The notes below the pieces were generated by a model that was given only the letters and a program-made list of their open reading frames with translations, was not told where the DNA came from and did not search any database. From Acidimicrobiales bacterium (lineage in GTDB: Bacteria > Actinomycetota > Acidimicrobiia > Acidimicrobiales > Palsa-688): a stretch of DNA of 64,000 bases. Of the stretch, positions 18,531 to 27,809 are shown in pieces; the stretch's first letter is position 1; each line of letters starts with the position of its first letter. The position numbers and the translations under genes are program-made. Where the stretch lies: positions 1 to 64,000 of the forward strand of contig DASZKW010000043.1 in the NCBI GenBank assembly GCA_035552775.1, written 5' to 3'.

Positions 18531-19832
18531 ATGAGGCTGCGAGCCGGCGCGGCCACCGACATCGGCCTGGTGAGAGCCACCAACCAGGACCAGCTCCTGG
18601 TCGCCTTCCCCCTGTTCGCGGTCGCCGACGGGATGGGGGGACACGCTGCGGGGGAGGTGGCGTCCCGGGTTGCGGTCGAAGCCCTGGGCGCCGCGTTCGG
18701 CGAGCTGGCGGCGCCGACGCCCGAGGGTCTCGGCGCGGCCGCCCGTGCCGCCAACCGGGCGGTGTGGGACCACGCCCAAACCGAACCGGAACTGCGGGGC
18801 ATGGGGACCACGCTCGTGGCCATCGCCTTGGTGGAGGCCGACGGCAGCGAAGAGCTCGCCGTCGCCAACGTGGGTGATTCCCGGGCCTACCGCATGCACG
18901 ACAGCGCCCTCGAGCAGATCACCGTCGACCACAGCCTCGTCCAGGAACTGGTCGACGAGGGCCAGTTGGCCGAGGAGGAAGCCGCCTACCACCCTCAACG
19001 CCACGTGCTGACCCGGGCCCTGGGGGTGGACGCCGCCGTCACCGTCGACCTCATGGAGGTGTCCCCCACACCGGGTGACCGCTTCCTGCTGTGCAGTGAC
19101 GGTCTCGTGCGCGAGGTCGGAGACGACCAGGTGGCGTCCATCCTGCGCCGCTTTTCCGACCCGGACGACTCCGCCCGGGAACTGGTCGCCCAGGCCAAGC
19201 ACAACGGGGGCAACGACAACATCACCGTGGTGGTGGTCGACGTCGTGGCAGACGAGGAACCCACCGTCGCCGATGACGGGCTGGTCGCCGCCAAAGAGGA
19301 GGAGAAAGGAACCGCCGTCGTTCCGCCCAGCCCCGTGCGGGGTGTACGGACCCGGTGGCTGCGCCGGCCTGCGAGCCCCGCCGGCTCAAGAGGCGACCAA
19401 CCGAGCCCCGCCGGCTCAAGAGGCGACCAACCGAGCCCCGCCGACGCCGTGGGCCGGCAGTCCCGGCCGGCGCCGCTGTCGGGGGTGCTCAGTATCCGCG
19501 TGGTCGCCTTCTTGGTCCTGTTCGTCGGCATCCTGGCCCTCGCCGGCGCCGGCGTCGGGCTCTACGCGCGCGGCACCTACTACGTCGGTCTGTCAGGCAC
19601 CCAGCTGATCATCTTCCAGGGCCGCCCCGGCGGCCTGTTGTGGTTCCGGCCCACCATTGCGGCGAGAACCTCACTTACCACCGCCGACGTGCTGCCCTAC
19701 CAAATACCGGTCCTGCGCGCCGGACAAGAAGAGGGCAGCCTGGCCGGCGCCCAGGCGTACGTCCGCAACCTGGCAACCGAGTACTCCCAGGCTCGAGGCG
19801 TGACCACGACCACCGGGACGTCCGCTCCGTGA
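18531..19832 (+). CDS. pstP: PP2C-family Ser/Thr phosphatase PstP
   Basis: VADGMGGHAAGEVAS motif, C-terminal TM. Confidence 0.85.
   Translation: MRLRAGAATDIGLVRATNQDQLLVAFPLFAVADGMGGHAAGEVASRVAVEALGAAFGELAAPTPEGLGAAARAANRAVWDHAQTEPELRGMGTTLVAIALVEADGSEELAVANVGDSRAYRMHDSALEQITVDHSLVQELVDEGQLAEEEAAYHPQRHVLTRALGVDAAVTVDLMEVSPTPGDRFLLCSDGLVREVGDDQVASILRRFSDPDDSARELVAQAKHNGGNDNITVVVVDVVADEEPTVADDGLVAAKEEEKGTAVVPPSPVRGVRTRWLRRPASPAGSRGDQPSPAGSRGDQPSPADAVGRQSRPAPLSGVLSIRVVAFLVLFVGILALAGAGVGLYARGTYYVGLSGTQLIIFQGRPGGLLWFRPTIAARTSLTTADVLPYQIPVLRAGQEEGSLAGAQAYVRNLATEYSQARGVTTTTGTSAP
19371..19443. repeat. 30-bp perfect tandem duplication (ccggctcaagaggcgaccaaccgagccccg x2) inside the pstP linker
   Basis: Seen directly. 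Encodes PAGSRGDQPS x2. Confidence 0.85.
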
Positions 19833-21148
19833 TGGCGGCGATCGCTCGGCGGCCGCCCCGGCGCCGGACCGAGCTCGGCCTGATAATCCTGGCGGTGATC
19901 CTGACCGGCGGCCTGTACACCCTCGCCGGCGAGGGCAAGAGCGGCTCGTTGCCCGCCAACATCGTCCCCTTCCTGATCGTCATCTTCGTGTTGTTGGTGG
20001 TCGCCCACATCGGGATGCGCTTCTTGGCCCCCGACGCCGACCCCGTCCTGCTGCCCATAGCCGGCCTTCTCAACGGGATCGGTTACGTGTTCATCGCCCG
20101 GCTGGTCAAACACGACGCCGCTCTCCAAGCGGTGTGGACCGCGATCGGCGTGGCCGCCTTCTTGGTCACCCTGGCGGTGGTGCGCCGCGGCCGTGACCTG
20201 CAGCGCTACCGCTACAGCTTCGGCCTTCTCGGCGTGGGGCTGCTGCTGCTGCCCCTCGTGCCGGGCATAGGCGAAGACATCAACGGCGCCCGCCTCTACA
20301 TCCACCTCGGCCCGGTGAACTTCGAGCCGGCGGAGGCGGCGAAAATCCTTCTGGCCATCTTCTTCGCGTCGATAATGGTCGAGCGGGCCGAGCTGCTACG
20401 TACCGGGACCCGGCGCATCGGTCGGTTTCTGGTGCTCGACCCCAAATACCTGGCGCCCATCCTGCTCGCGTGGGGCTTCTCGCTCCTGATCCTCACCGCG
20501 GAGAACGACCTGGGGTCGTCGTTCCTGTTCTTCGCCCTGTTCATCGCCATGCTCTTCGTCGCTACCGGCCGCTACTACTACGTCGGCCTCGGCACCGTAC
20601 TGTTCGCCACGGGTGCAGTGTTCGCCCTCAAGTTCATCGGCCACGCCCAGAGCAGGGTCCAGGCGTGGATCAACCCGTGGCCGCACTACAACACCAACGG
20701 TTACCAGATCATCCAAGGCTGGTTCGCCATCGCCGCGGGCGGCGTGTTCGGCGACGGGCCCGGCCAGGGAACGCCCCAGCAGATCCCCGAGGCTCCCACC
20801 GACTTCATCTTCGCCGTCATCGCCGAGGAGATCGGGCTGGTAGGCGCCACCGCTGTCCTCATCGGGATCCTGCTCATGGTCGGTACCGGCCTGCGCATCG
20901 CGCTACGGGCCGAGCGCCCCTTCGAAAAGCTCCTAGCCACCGGCCTGTCCCTCATCCTCGGGATCCAGACCTTCGTCATCGTCGCCGGGGTGACGCGGTT
21001 GATCCCGCTCACCGGCATCACCCTGCCCTTCGTGTCCTACGGAGGGTCGTCGCTCGTCACCAACTACGTCCTGCTCGCATTGCTGCTTCGCCTTTCCCAT
21101 GACACCAACTCGGCGACGGCGGAACTGGTCGAGGCGGTGGCGGCGTGA
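19832..21148 (+). CDS. rodA: SEDS-family peptidoglycan glycosyltransferase RodA/FtsW
   Basis: Ten-TM SEDS protein. ATG overlaps the pstP stop. Confidence 0.85.
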   Translation: MAAIARRPPRRRTELGLIILAVILTGGLYTLAGEGKSGSLPANIVPFLIVIFVLLVVAHIGMRFLAPDADPVLLPIAGLLNGIGYVFIARLVKHDAALQAVWTAIGVAAFLVTLAVVRRGRDLQRYRYSFGLLGVGLLLLPLVPGIGEDINGARLYIHLGPVNFEPAEAAKILLAIFFASIMVERAELLRTGTRRIGRFLVLDPKYLAPILLAWGFSLLILTAENDLGSSFLFFALFIAMLFVATGRYYYVGLGTVLFATGAVFALKFIGHAQSRVQAWINPWPHYNTNGYQIIQGWFAIAAGGVFGDGPGQGTPQQIPEAPTDFIFAVIAEEIGLVGATAVLIGILLMVGTGLRIALRAERPFEKLLATGLSLILGIQTFVIVAGVTRLIPLTGITLPFVSYGGSSLVTNYVLLALLLRLSHDTNSATAELVEAVAA

Positions 21149-22680
21149 ACCCCCAGATCCGCCTGGTCGGTGTGGGTCTGATCGTGTTGTTCGTCGGTCT
21201 TTTCGCCCAGCTCAACTACCTGCAGGTGTTCCACGCCTCCGCCTTGGACGCCAAGCCGCAGAACAGCCGCCGAATCATCAAGGAATACGACAGTCCCAGG
21301 GGCAACATCGTGTCGGCTGACGGGACCTTGCTCGCCTACTCCAAGCCCGTCAACAGCAACTTCAAGTACCAGCGTGTGTACCCGCAGGGTTCGCTGTTCG
21401 GCCAGATCACAGGCTTCTTCTCCTTCACCTATGGAAGCGACGGGGCAGAGAAGACCTACGACAGGGTGCTGACCGGCGCCACGTCCCAGTTCAACCTCCC
21501 GACCAGCCTCAAGGGCCTGGAGAACGAACTGGCCAACTCCAACAAGGCCCAGAACATCATCCTCACCCTGTCGACCAAGTTGCAGACGGTGGCGGCCAAG
21601 GCTCTCGGTAACCGCGTCGGCTCCGTGGTCGCCCTCGACCCCAAGACCGGGGCCATTCTCGCCATGTACTCCTCCCCCACCTTCGACCCCAACCTGTTGT
21701 CGTCGACCAGCCAGGCCCAGGCGACCCAGAACTACCAGTCGCTCGTGCATGCACCCGGCAACCCCCTGTCGTCTGGCGCCTACCGCAACCGCTTCCCGCC
21801 CGGATCCACTTTCAAGATGCTCACCGCCTCCGCCGTTTACGACCGCGACCCGTCGCTGGCCACCAAGAACTACCCGGTTTCGAGCGGCCTGCCGCTGCCT
21901 GACACGAAAGGCCAGACCCTCAACAACTTCGCAGGCGAGCGCTGCGGTGGCCAGCTTCTGGAGGACTTCACGGTCTCGTGCAACAGCGCCTTCGGAGCAA
22001 TCGGCCTCGACCTCGGAGCGCAGAACCTCGCTGCCGAGGCCCGCGCGTTCGGCTTCGACCAGACGCCGCCTCTCGACCTGCCCGCCGTGGCCCAGTCCTA
22101 CTTCCCCCCCGCGTCGTCGTTCGCCCAGAATCCGCCGGCGCTGGCCAAGTCGGCCATCGGCCAGGAGAACGTGGCCGCCACGCCCCTGGAGATGGCGCTG
22201 GTGGCGGGCGGGCTGGCCAACGGGGGCGCCATCATGGTCCCCCACATCCTGGCCCGGGTGACCAACTCGCAGAACCAGGTGGTGAGCACGTTCCAGCCCT
22301 CGACCTGGCTCAACGCCACCTCCGGGCAGACGGCCGCCCAGATGGCCACCCTCATGCAGTCAGTCGTCTACTCCGCCAACGGAACCGGCGTCGCAGTGCA
22401 GATCCCCGGGATCCGGGTGGCAGGCAAGACGGGCACCGCCCAGACGGGAACGGGCACCATCGACGCCTGGTTCGCCAGCTTTGCTCCGGTAAGCAACCCC
22501 ACCATCGCTGTCGGCGTGCTGGTGGAGAACCAGCCGGCCGGCAACCAGTACCAGGGAGGGACCATCGCCGCTCCGATCGCCAAGGCCATGCTCGAGGCGG
22601 ACTTGAGCGGGGGTGGCACCGCCCCGGCCGGCGGGGCGCCGGCCGGCGCCACGACCACAACCACCGCCCCTAGGCTCTGA
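21145..22680 (+). CDS. pbpA: class B penicillin-binding protein PbpA
   Basis: Transpeptidase motifs STFK, SCN, KTGT. GTGA overlap with rodA. Confidence 0.85.
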   Translation: MNPQIRLVGVGLIVLFVGLFAQLNYLQVFHASALDAKPQNSRRIIKEYDSPRGNIVSADGTLLAYSKPVNSNFKYQRVYPQGSLFGQITGFFSFTYGSDGAEKTYDRVLTGATSQFNLPTSLKGLENELANSNKAQNIILTLSTKLQTVAAKALGNRVGSVVALDPKTGAILAMYSSPTFDPNLLSSTSQAQATQNYQSLVHAPGNPLSSGAYRNRFPPGSTFKMLTASAVYDRDPSLATKNYPVSSGLPLPDTKGQTLNNFAGERCGGQLLEDFTVSCNSAFGAIGLDLGAQNLAAEARAFGFDQTPPLDLPAVAQSYFPPASSFAQNPPALAKSAIGQENVAATPLEMALVAGGLANGGAIMVPHILARVTNSQNQVVSTFQPSTWLNATSGQTAAQMATLMQSVVYSANGTGVAVQIPGIRVAGKTGTAQTGTGTIDAWFASFAPVSNPTIAVGVLVENQPAGNQYQGGTIAAPIAKAMLEADLSGGGTAPAGGAPAGATTTTTAPRL

Positions 22681-22685
22681 CGAAG

Positions 22686-24656
22686 ATGCCGCCGCCGCAG
22701 CAGCAACAGGTCTTCAGCGACCGCTACGAGCTCGTCCGCCATGTCGCCCGTGGGGGCATGGCCCAGGTGTACCTGGCGAAGGACCTTCTCCTCGACCGCC
22801 CGGTGGCCCTCAAGGTCCTATTCCCGGAACTGTCGGTCGACCAGTCCTTCGTCGAGCGCTTCCGGCGGGAGGCCCAGGCCGCCGCCAACCTGTCCCACCC
22901 CAACATCGTCTCGATCTACGACTGGGGCCAGGGCGAGCAGACCTACTTCATAGTCATGGAGTACATCGACGGCCACACGCTCTCCTCGCTCATCCGCCAA
23001 GGCCTACCCGGTCCTGAAGGCCAGCCCCCCACTCCCCTCGACGCCGGCCGGGCCGCCGCCATCGGCGCCGACGTGGCGTCGGCGCTCGAGTTCGCCCACC
23101 GCCACAACGTCATCCACCGCGACGTCAAGCCCGGCAACGTCCTGCTCGACAAGTCGGGCCAGGTGAAGGTCACCGACTTCGGCATCGCCCGCGCCGTCGG
23201 TGCCAAGGAGGGGCTGACCCAGACGGGCGCGGTCATGGGCACGGCCACCTACTTTTCCCCCGAGCAGGCCCAGGGCTACTCGGTCGACGCCCGCAGCGAC
23301 ATCTACTCGCTCGGGGTGGTGCTCTACGAGATGGTGGTCGGCCGCACGCCCTTCGACGGCGACAATCCGGTGGCCATCGCCTACAAGCACGTGCGCGAGG
23401 TACCTGTGCTGCCGAGCGTGGCCAACCCGGCGGTGCCCAAGTCCTTCGAGGCCATCATCATGCAGGCCATGGCGAAGGATCCCGACGCCCGCTACCAGAC
23501 GGCCGACGCCCTGCGCGCCGACCTCATGCGCTTCCATCTGGGGCAGGGGGTCATGGCTCCGGAGGTGACCCCCACAATGGTGGCAGCGACGGGGGTCCTC
23601 CCCCCCGCCCGGGTCGCGCGCGACGCCACCGTGGTACGCGACGGTGCCGTGCTCGAAGACGAGGAGCGTTCGCGCACGGCCTTGTGGGCCGCCCTGCTGC
23701 TCCTGCTCCTCGCGCTGCTCGGCGTGCTCATCTTCTTCCTCGGACGCCATTTCGGCCTGTGGGCAACGGGCGCCAAGACCCTCACCGTGCCCACCAACCT
23801 GGTGGGCCAGCCCTACAACTCGGCCCGCGCCGAGCTGACCAGGGACGGGTTCACGGACGTGGCCAAGGCCACCAGGTCGAGCACCCAACCCGTCGACCAG
23901 GTGCTCGCCAGCACGCCGACCGGCGGCAGCCAGATGAAGGCCAACGGCTTGCTGACCCTGGATGTCAGCGGCGGTCCCGCCCAGGTCGGCGTGCCCAACG
24001 AACAGGGCCAACCCCAGGCCGCCGCCGTCGCCGACCTCACCAGCAAGGGCTTCCAGGACACCGTCAGCACCCAGCCCTCTCCCACCGTGGGGCAGGGCAT
24101 CGTGATCAGCCAGACCCCGCCCGGCGGCGCCACCGCCGCGCAAGGCTCGACGGTCAACCTGGTGGTCTCCAGCGGTCCGGCGACTGTCGCGGTGCCCTCG
24201 GTGGCCAACGACGACCCCACCACGGCCGACAACGCCCTCCACGCCGCTGGGCTCAACCCGACCCAGAAGAACCAGGCCTCGAGCCGGGTCAAAGGTGGCC
24301 TCGTCATCGGGACCAACCCGCCGGCGGGAACGCAGGTGACCCCGGGGTCGGCTGTCACCGTCTACGTGTCCACCGGGCCGGCGCAGGTGACGGTGCCCAA
24401 CGTCGACGGCCAGACGCTCCAGCAGGCGCAGGCCATGCTCAGCGCCGCGGGCCTCACCCCCAGCGTGACCGAGCAGCCGGTGACCGACCCGAGCCAGAAC
24501 AACCAGGTGCTGTCGTCCAACCCGGCGCAGGGGACGACGGTCAACCAGGGGTCCACGGTGACTCTGGTGGTCGGCCAGTACACGGCGCCCTCGACGACCA
24601 CCACCGCCCCGCCGGCGACAACGACCACCACGGCCGGTACCACGACGACGGGATAG
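22686..24656 (+). CDS. pknB: Ser/Thr protein kinase PknB with four PASTA domains
   Basis: Kinase motifs (HRDVKPGNVLL, DFG, SPEQ). TM. Four PASTA repeats. C-terminal Thr/Pro-rich tail. Confidence 0.9.
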   Translation: MPPPQQQQVFSDRYELVRHVARGGMAQVYLAKDLLLDRPVALKVLFPELSVDQSFVERFRREAQAAANLSHPNIVSIYDWGQGEQTYFIVMEYIDGHTLSSLIRQGLPGPEGQPPTPLDAGRAAAIGADVASALEFAHRHNVIHRDVKPGNVLLDKSGQVKVTDFGIARAVGAKEGLTQTGAVMGTATYFSPEQAQGYSVDARSDIYSLGVVLYEMVVGRTPFDGDNPVAIAYKHVREVPVLPSVANPAVPKSFEAIIMQAMAKDPDARYQTADALRADLMRFHLGQGVMAPEVTPTMVAATGVLPPARVARDATVVRDGAVLEDEERSRTALWAALLLLLLALLGVLIFFLGRHFGLWATGAKTLTVPTNLVGQPYNSARAELTRDGFTDVAKATRSSTQPVDQVLASTPTGGSQMKANGLLTLDVSGGPAQVGVPNEQGQPQAAAVADLTSKGFQDTVSTQPSPTVGQGIVISQTPPGGATAAQGSTVNLVVSSGPATVAVPSVANDDPTTADNALHAAGLNPTQKNQASSRVKGGLVIGTNPPAGTQVTPGSAVTVYVSTGPAQVTVPNVDGQTLQQAQAMLSAAGLTPSVTEQPVTDPSQNNQVLSSNPAQGTTVNQGSTVTLVVGQYTAPSTTTTAPPATTTTTAGTTTTG

Positions 24657-24728
24657 ACCAAGCGAGGTAGCGGCTACGCGGGGCCATGCCGAGCGTCCCG
24701 GTCGGGCGTGGAGCAGGGTCGGGCGCCG

Positions 24729-25337
24729 TCAGGTAGGCACGGCGGAGAGGGCCTCTGGTTGACCGCAGGCGGCCAGCCAGTTGGCCACCAGGCGGTGGCC
24801 GGCGGTGGTGAGTATCGACTCGGGGTGGAACTGCACCCCCTCGACAGCCAGGGAGCGGTGCCTCAGGCCCATGACGGTGCCGTCGTCTGCCCAGGCGCTG
24901 ACCTCCAACGCGGCGGGGATGGCGTCGGGCGCCACCACCAGGGAGTGGTACCGGGTGCCTACCAGAGGCTCGGGGAGGCCGGCGAAGACGCCGCGACCGT
25001 CGTGGCTCACCTCGGAAGTCTTGCCGTGCATCAGCCGAGCGGCGCGCTCGACGCGGCCGCCGAACACCTCGGCGATGCACTGGTGACCGAGACAGACCCC
25101 GAGGATCGGCACCCGCCCGGCCAGCGCCGCTATCGCGGGGCTGGCGATGCCGGCGCCGGCCGGGCGGCCGGGCCCGGGTGACACGAGCATGCCGTCGGGG
25201 CCGAGCGCCTCGATCCCAGCCACGTCGGTGGCGTCGTTGCGGACGACCACGGGATCGGCGCCGAGCTCGCCTAGGTACTGGACCAGGTTGTACACGAACG
25301 AGTCGTAGTTGTCGACGACGACGATCCGGGCGCCCAC
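24729..25337 (-). CDS. trpG: anthranilate/aminodeoxychorismate synthase component II (glutamine amidotransferase)
   Basis: GVCLGHQ catalytic Cys motif. Conserved position next to pknB as in mycobacteria. Confidence 0.85.
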   Translation of the reverse strand: MGARIVVVDNYDSFVYNLVQYLGELGADPVVVRNDATDVAGIEALGPDGMLVSPGPGRPAGAGIASPAIAALAGRVPILGVCLGHQCIAEVFGGRVERAARLMHGKTSEVSHDGRGVFAGLPEPLVGTRYHSLVVAPDAIPAALEVSAWADDGTVMGLRHRSLAVEGVQFHPESILTTAGHRLVANWLAACGQPEALSAVPT

Positions 25338-25400
25338 CCGACCAAGGCTAGGGCCCTAGGGCGCCGGACGGTGCGGCCTTCGTTCACCTATCGTGGGGGC

Positions 25401-25688
25401 ATGGCCAGAAGGACCAAGGACGCGCCTGGTCGGGTAACCCCCAAGGGCGGTCCTGCAAAATCGCGAGCGGCGGTGACGTCGGGCCGCTATACGGCGCCGA
25501 TACCGAGCGAGTACCGCTCCAGCCCGTGGTGGACGCCGGTGGTCATGCTGGCGTTCTTCGGCCTCGGCATCCTGTGCATCCTGCTCAACTACCTGAGCAT
25601 CCTGCCCGGCGGGGCGAGTAACGCTTACCTGCTGACGGGCTTGGGCCTCATCGTGGTCGGCTTCATCATCGCCACCCGCTGGCACTGA
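25401..25688 (+). CDS. crgA: cell division protein CrgA
   Basis: Two-TM small protein ending ...IATRWH, as in mycobacterial CrgA. Confidence 0.75.
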   Translation: MARRTKDAPGRVTPKGGPAKSRAAVTSGRYTAPIPSEYRSSPWWTPVVMLAFFGLGILCILLNYLSILPGGASNAYLLTGLGLIVVGFIIATRWH

Positions 25689-25929
25689 CGCCGCCCGCCG
25701 CGTGACCGGCGGGTTAACGGGGCCTCCTCGGTAGTTACAGAGGTGTGACACTCCCCAGATTTGTCCACAGTCTGGGGATAAGAAAAATCTGGGTGGTCAG
25801 ATGGGCTTCGGTCCTATGAGGGTCGCGGTCATGGCAACCCCTGACTAATGGGGTTGCGCCGGGTACCCTCGCTCGGTTCCACCTCGGGCGCCGCAGCGGC
25901 CCGGCTGGCGATCGGACCCACACGAGAAG

Positions 25930-26919
25930 ATGTCCCGTCCGTATAGATCTCCCCATCTGCGCACGGTCGGCCTCTATGCATTGACCCTGTGGGCCGTAAT
26001 CACGCTCGTATTCGTGCTACCCCGGCTGCTGCCCGGCGATCCCCTGGCCAGCCTCAGCGATCCGAGCAGCGGCAACTTCCTCTACGACCCGACCGCCCGA
26101 GCCAAGATCGCCGCCTACTACGGGTTGAACAAACCGCTCGTCAACCAGTACTTCGCCTACCTGGCAGGCCTGGCCCATGCCCAACTCGGCTGGTCAATCT
26201 CGCAGAACACTCCCGTCACCACCATCATCGCCCGGCGCCTGCCTTGGACCCTGCTGCTAATGGTGACCGCGTTGGCATTGTCGTCGGTGATCAGCTTCCT
26301 GACCGGGGTGACAGCTGCCTGGCACCGGGGGGACCGGATCGACCGCGCGCTGATCGTAGCGCTCTCGGCGGCGCGCACGATCCCCGACTACGCCGTGGCG
26401 AGCCTCCTTCTGGTCGCCTTGGCGGTCGTGGTGCCGGTGTTCCCGCTGGCGGGAGCCAAGACCGCCTTCGCCAGCTACTCGTCGCCTTTCGCGGCCATCG
26501 GTGACGTCGGCCGCCACATGGTCCTACCGGTCGTGGCGCTGACCGCGGGACTGGCGGGCAACAAGTTCCTCACCGTCCGCAACACGGTCATCTCCACCCT
26601 CGGGGAGGACTACATGCTGCTGGCCCGGGCCAAGGGGCTCCCGCGCCGGCTGCTCAAGTACCGTCACTCCGGTCGCAACGCCCTTCTCCCGTTCGTGACC
26701 GCCGTGGGCATCCAGACCGGTTTCGCGGTCGGCGGGGCTCTGTTCGTGGAGACCGTCTTCTCCTACCCCGGCATGGGCACCCTGATGAACGCGGCTGTGA
26801 CCGCCCGGGACTATCCACTGCTCCAGGGCAGCTTCTTGGTGCTGGCAACTGTCGTCTTGGTGGTCAACCTGGTCGTCGAGTTGGCCTACGGGCGGCTGGA
26901 CCCCCGCGTGCGGGTATGA
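25930..26919 (+). CDS. ABC peptide/nickel-type permease (DppB/NikB family)
   Basis: Six-TM permease with EAA loop (ARAKGLPRRLLKYRHSGRNALLP). Confidence 0.85.
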   Translation: MSRPYRSPHLRTVGLYALTLWAVITLVFVLPRLLPGDPLASLSDPSSGNFLYDPTARAKIAAYYGLNKPLVNQYFAYLAGLAHAQLGWSISQNTPVTTIIARRLPWTLLLMVTALALSSVISFLTGVTAAWHRGDRIDRALIVALSAARTIPDYAVASLLLVALAVVVPVFPLAGAKTAFASYSSPFAAIGDVGRHMVLPVVALTAGLAGNKFLTVRNTVISTLGEDYMLLARAKGLPRRLLKYRHSGRNALLPFVTAVGIQTGFAVGGALFVETVFSYPGMGTLMNAAVTARDYPLLQGSFLVLATVVLVVNLVVELAYGRLDPRVRV

Positions 26920-27803
26920 CCCTGCCCGCCGTGACCGGCGATGCAGCGGTCCGAGCGCGAGCGGTCCCGTTCTGGCGCCGGCGCCCGGGGATGGGGCTGG
27001 TCGGTGGCGTCGTCGTAGGCGCCTTCGCAGTGCTGGCCGCGCTGGGCGGGACGCTCGCCCCCTACCGGCCGTCGGCCATCACCGGTGCGACCCTCCAGGC
27101 GCCAGGGACCGGCCATCTCCTAGGCACCAACGGCATCGGCCAGGACGTGGCCACCCAGCTGATCCTGGGTACACGGGTCTCGCTGGTGGTGGCCGTGCTC
27201 GCCGGCGTAGGCACCGTGGCGCTCGGGGGGATCGTGGGGATCGGGGCCGGCTGGTCCAGGGGCTGGGTGGACGCCGTGCTGATGCGTTTCACCGACGTGG
27301 TGCTGGTGTTGCCCAAACTGCCGCTGCTGCTGCTGGTAGGCGCCTTGACGGGTGGCTCCGTGGTGGCGTTGGCCGGGCTGATCGCTGCCACCTTCTGGCC
27401 GATGACCGCACGCATCTTGCGCTCCCAGGTCCTCACTTTGCGGTCGCGCACCCATATCCGGGCGGCCACCGGCTTCGGGGCGGGGTCCTGGTACCAGCTA
27501 CGCCATCACATCCTCCCCGACCTGGGACTGCTCCTCATCGCCGACCTCATCCCCGCGGCCGGACGGGCGGTCGCCCTGCAGGCGGGCCTGGCCTTCCTCG
27601 GGGTGGGCAACCCCGCCCAGCCCAGCTGGGGTGCCATGATGCGTGATGCCCTCAATTACCCGTACCTGTTCGAGACTTCGGCGTGGTTGTGGTGGCTGGT
27701 CCCGCCCGTGCTGTGCATCATGGCGCTGGTGATCGGCGTGACTTTGCTCGGCACGGCGGCTGAGACCCGCGTAAGCCCCCGGCTGGCCCGCCACCAGCGC
27801 TAA
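26916..27803 (+). CDS. ABC peptide/nickel-type permease (DppC/NikC family)
   Basis: Permease with EAA-like loop. Overlaps the previous gene. Confidence 0.85.
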   Translation: MTLPAVTGDAAVRARAVPFWRRRPGMGLVGGVVVGAFAVLAALGGTLAPYRPSAITGATLQAPGTGHLLGTNGIGQDVATQLILGTRVSLVVAVLAGVGTVALGGIVGIGAGWSRGWVDAVLMRFTDVVLVLPKLPLLLLVGALTGGSVVALAGLIAATFWPMTARILRSQVLTLRSRTHIRAATGFGAGSWYQLRHHILPDLGLLLIADLIPAAGRAVALQAGLAFLGVGNPAQPSWGAMMRDALNYPYLFETSAWLWWLVPPVLCIMALVIGVTLLGTAAETRVSPRLARHQR

Positions 27804-27809
27804 GCCGCC

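Noticed and set aside
24657-24729. Possible degenerate copy of the palindromic element after pknB (ccaagcgaggtagcggctacgcgg)
   Set aside because: Only loose similarity to the 23-bp arm, no matching second arm. Treated as chance.
25761-25769. Single TTGTCCACA DnaA box as evidence of oriC
   Set aside because: An isolated 9-mer with no cluster of boxes and no dnaA nearby. Noted only as part of the dpp-leader hairpin.
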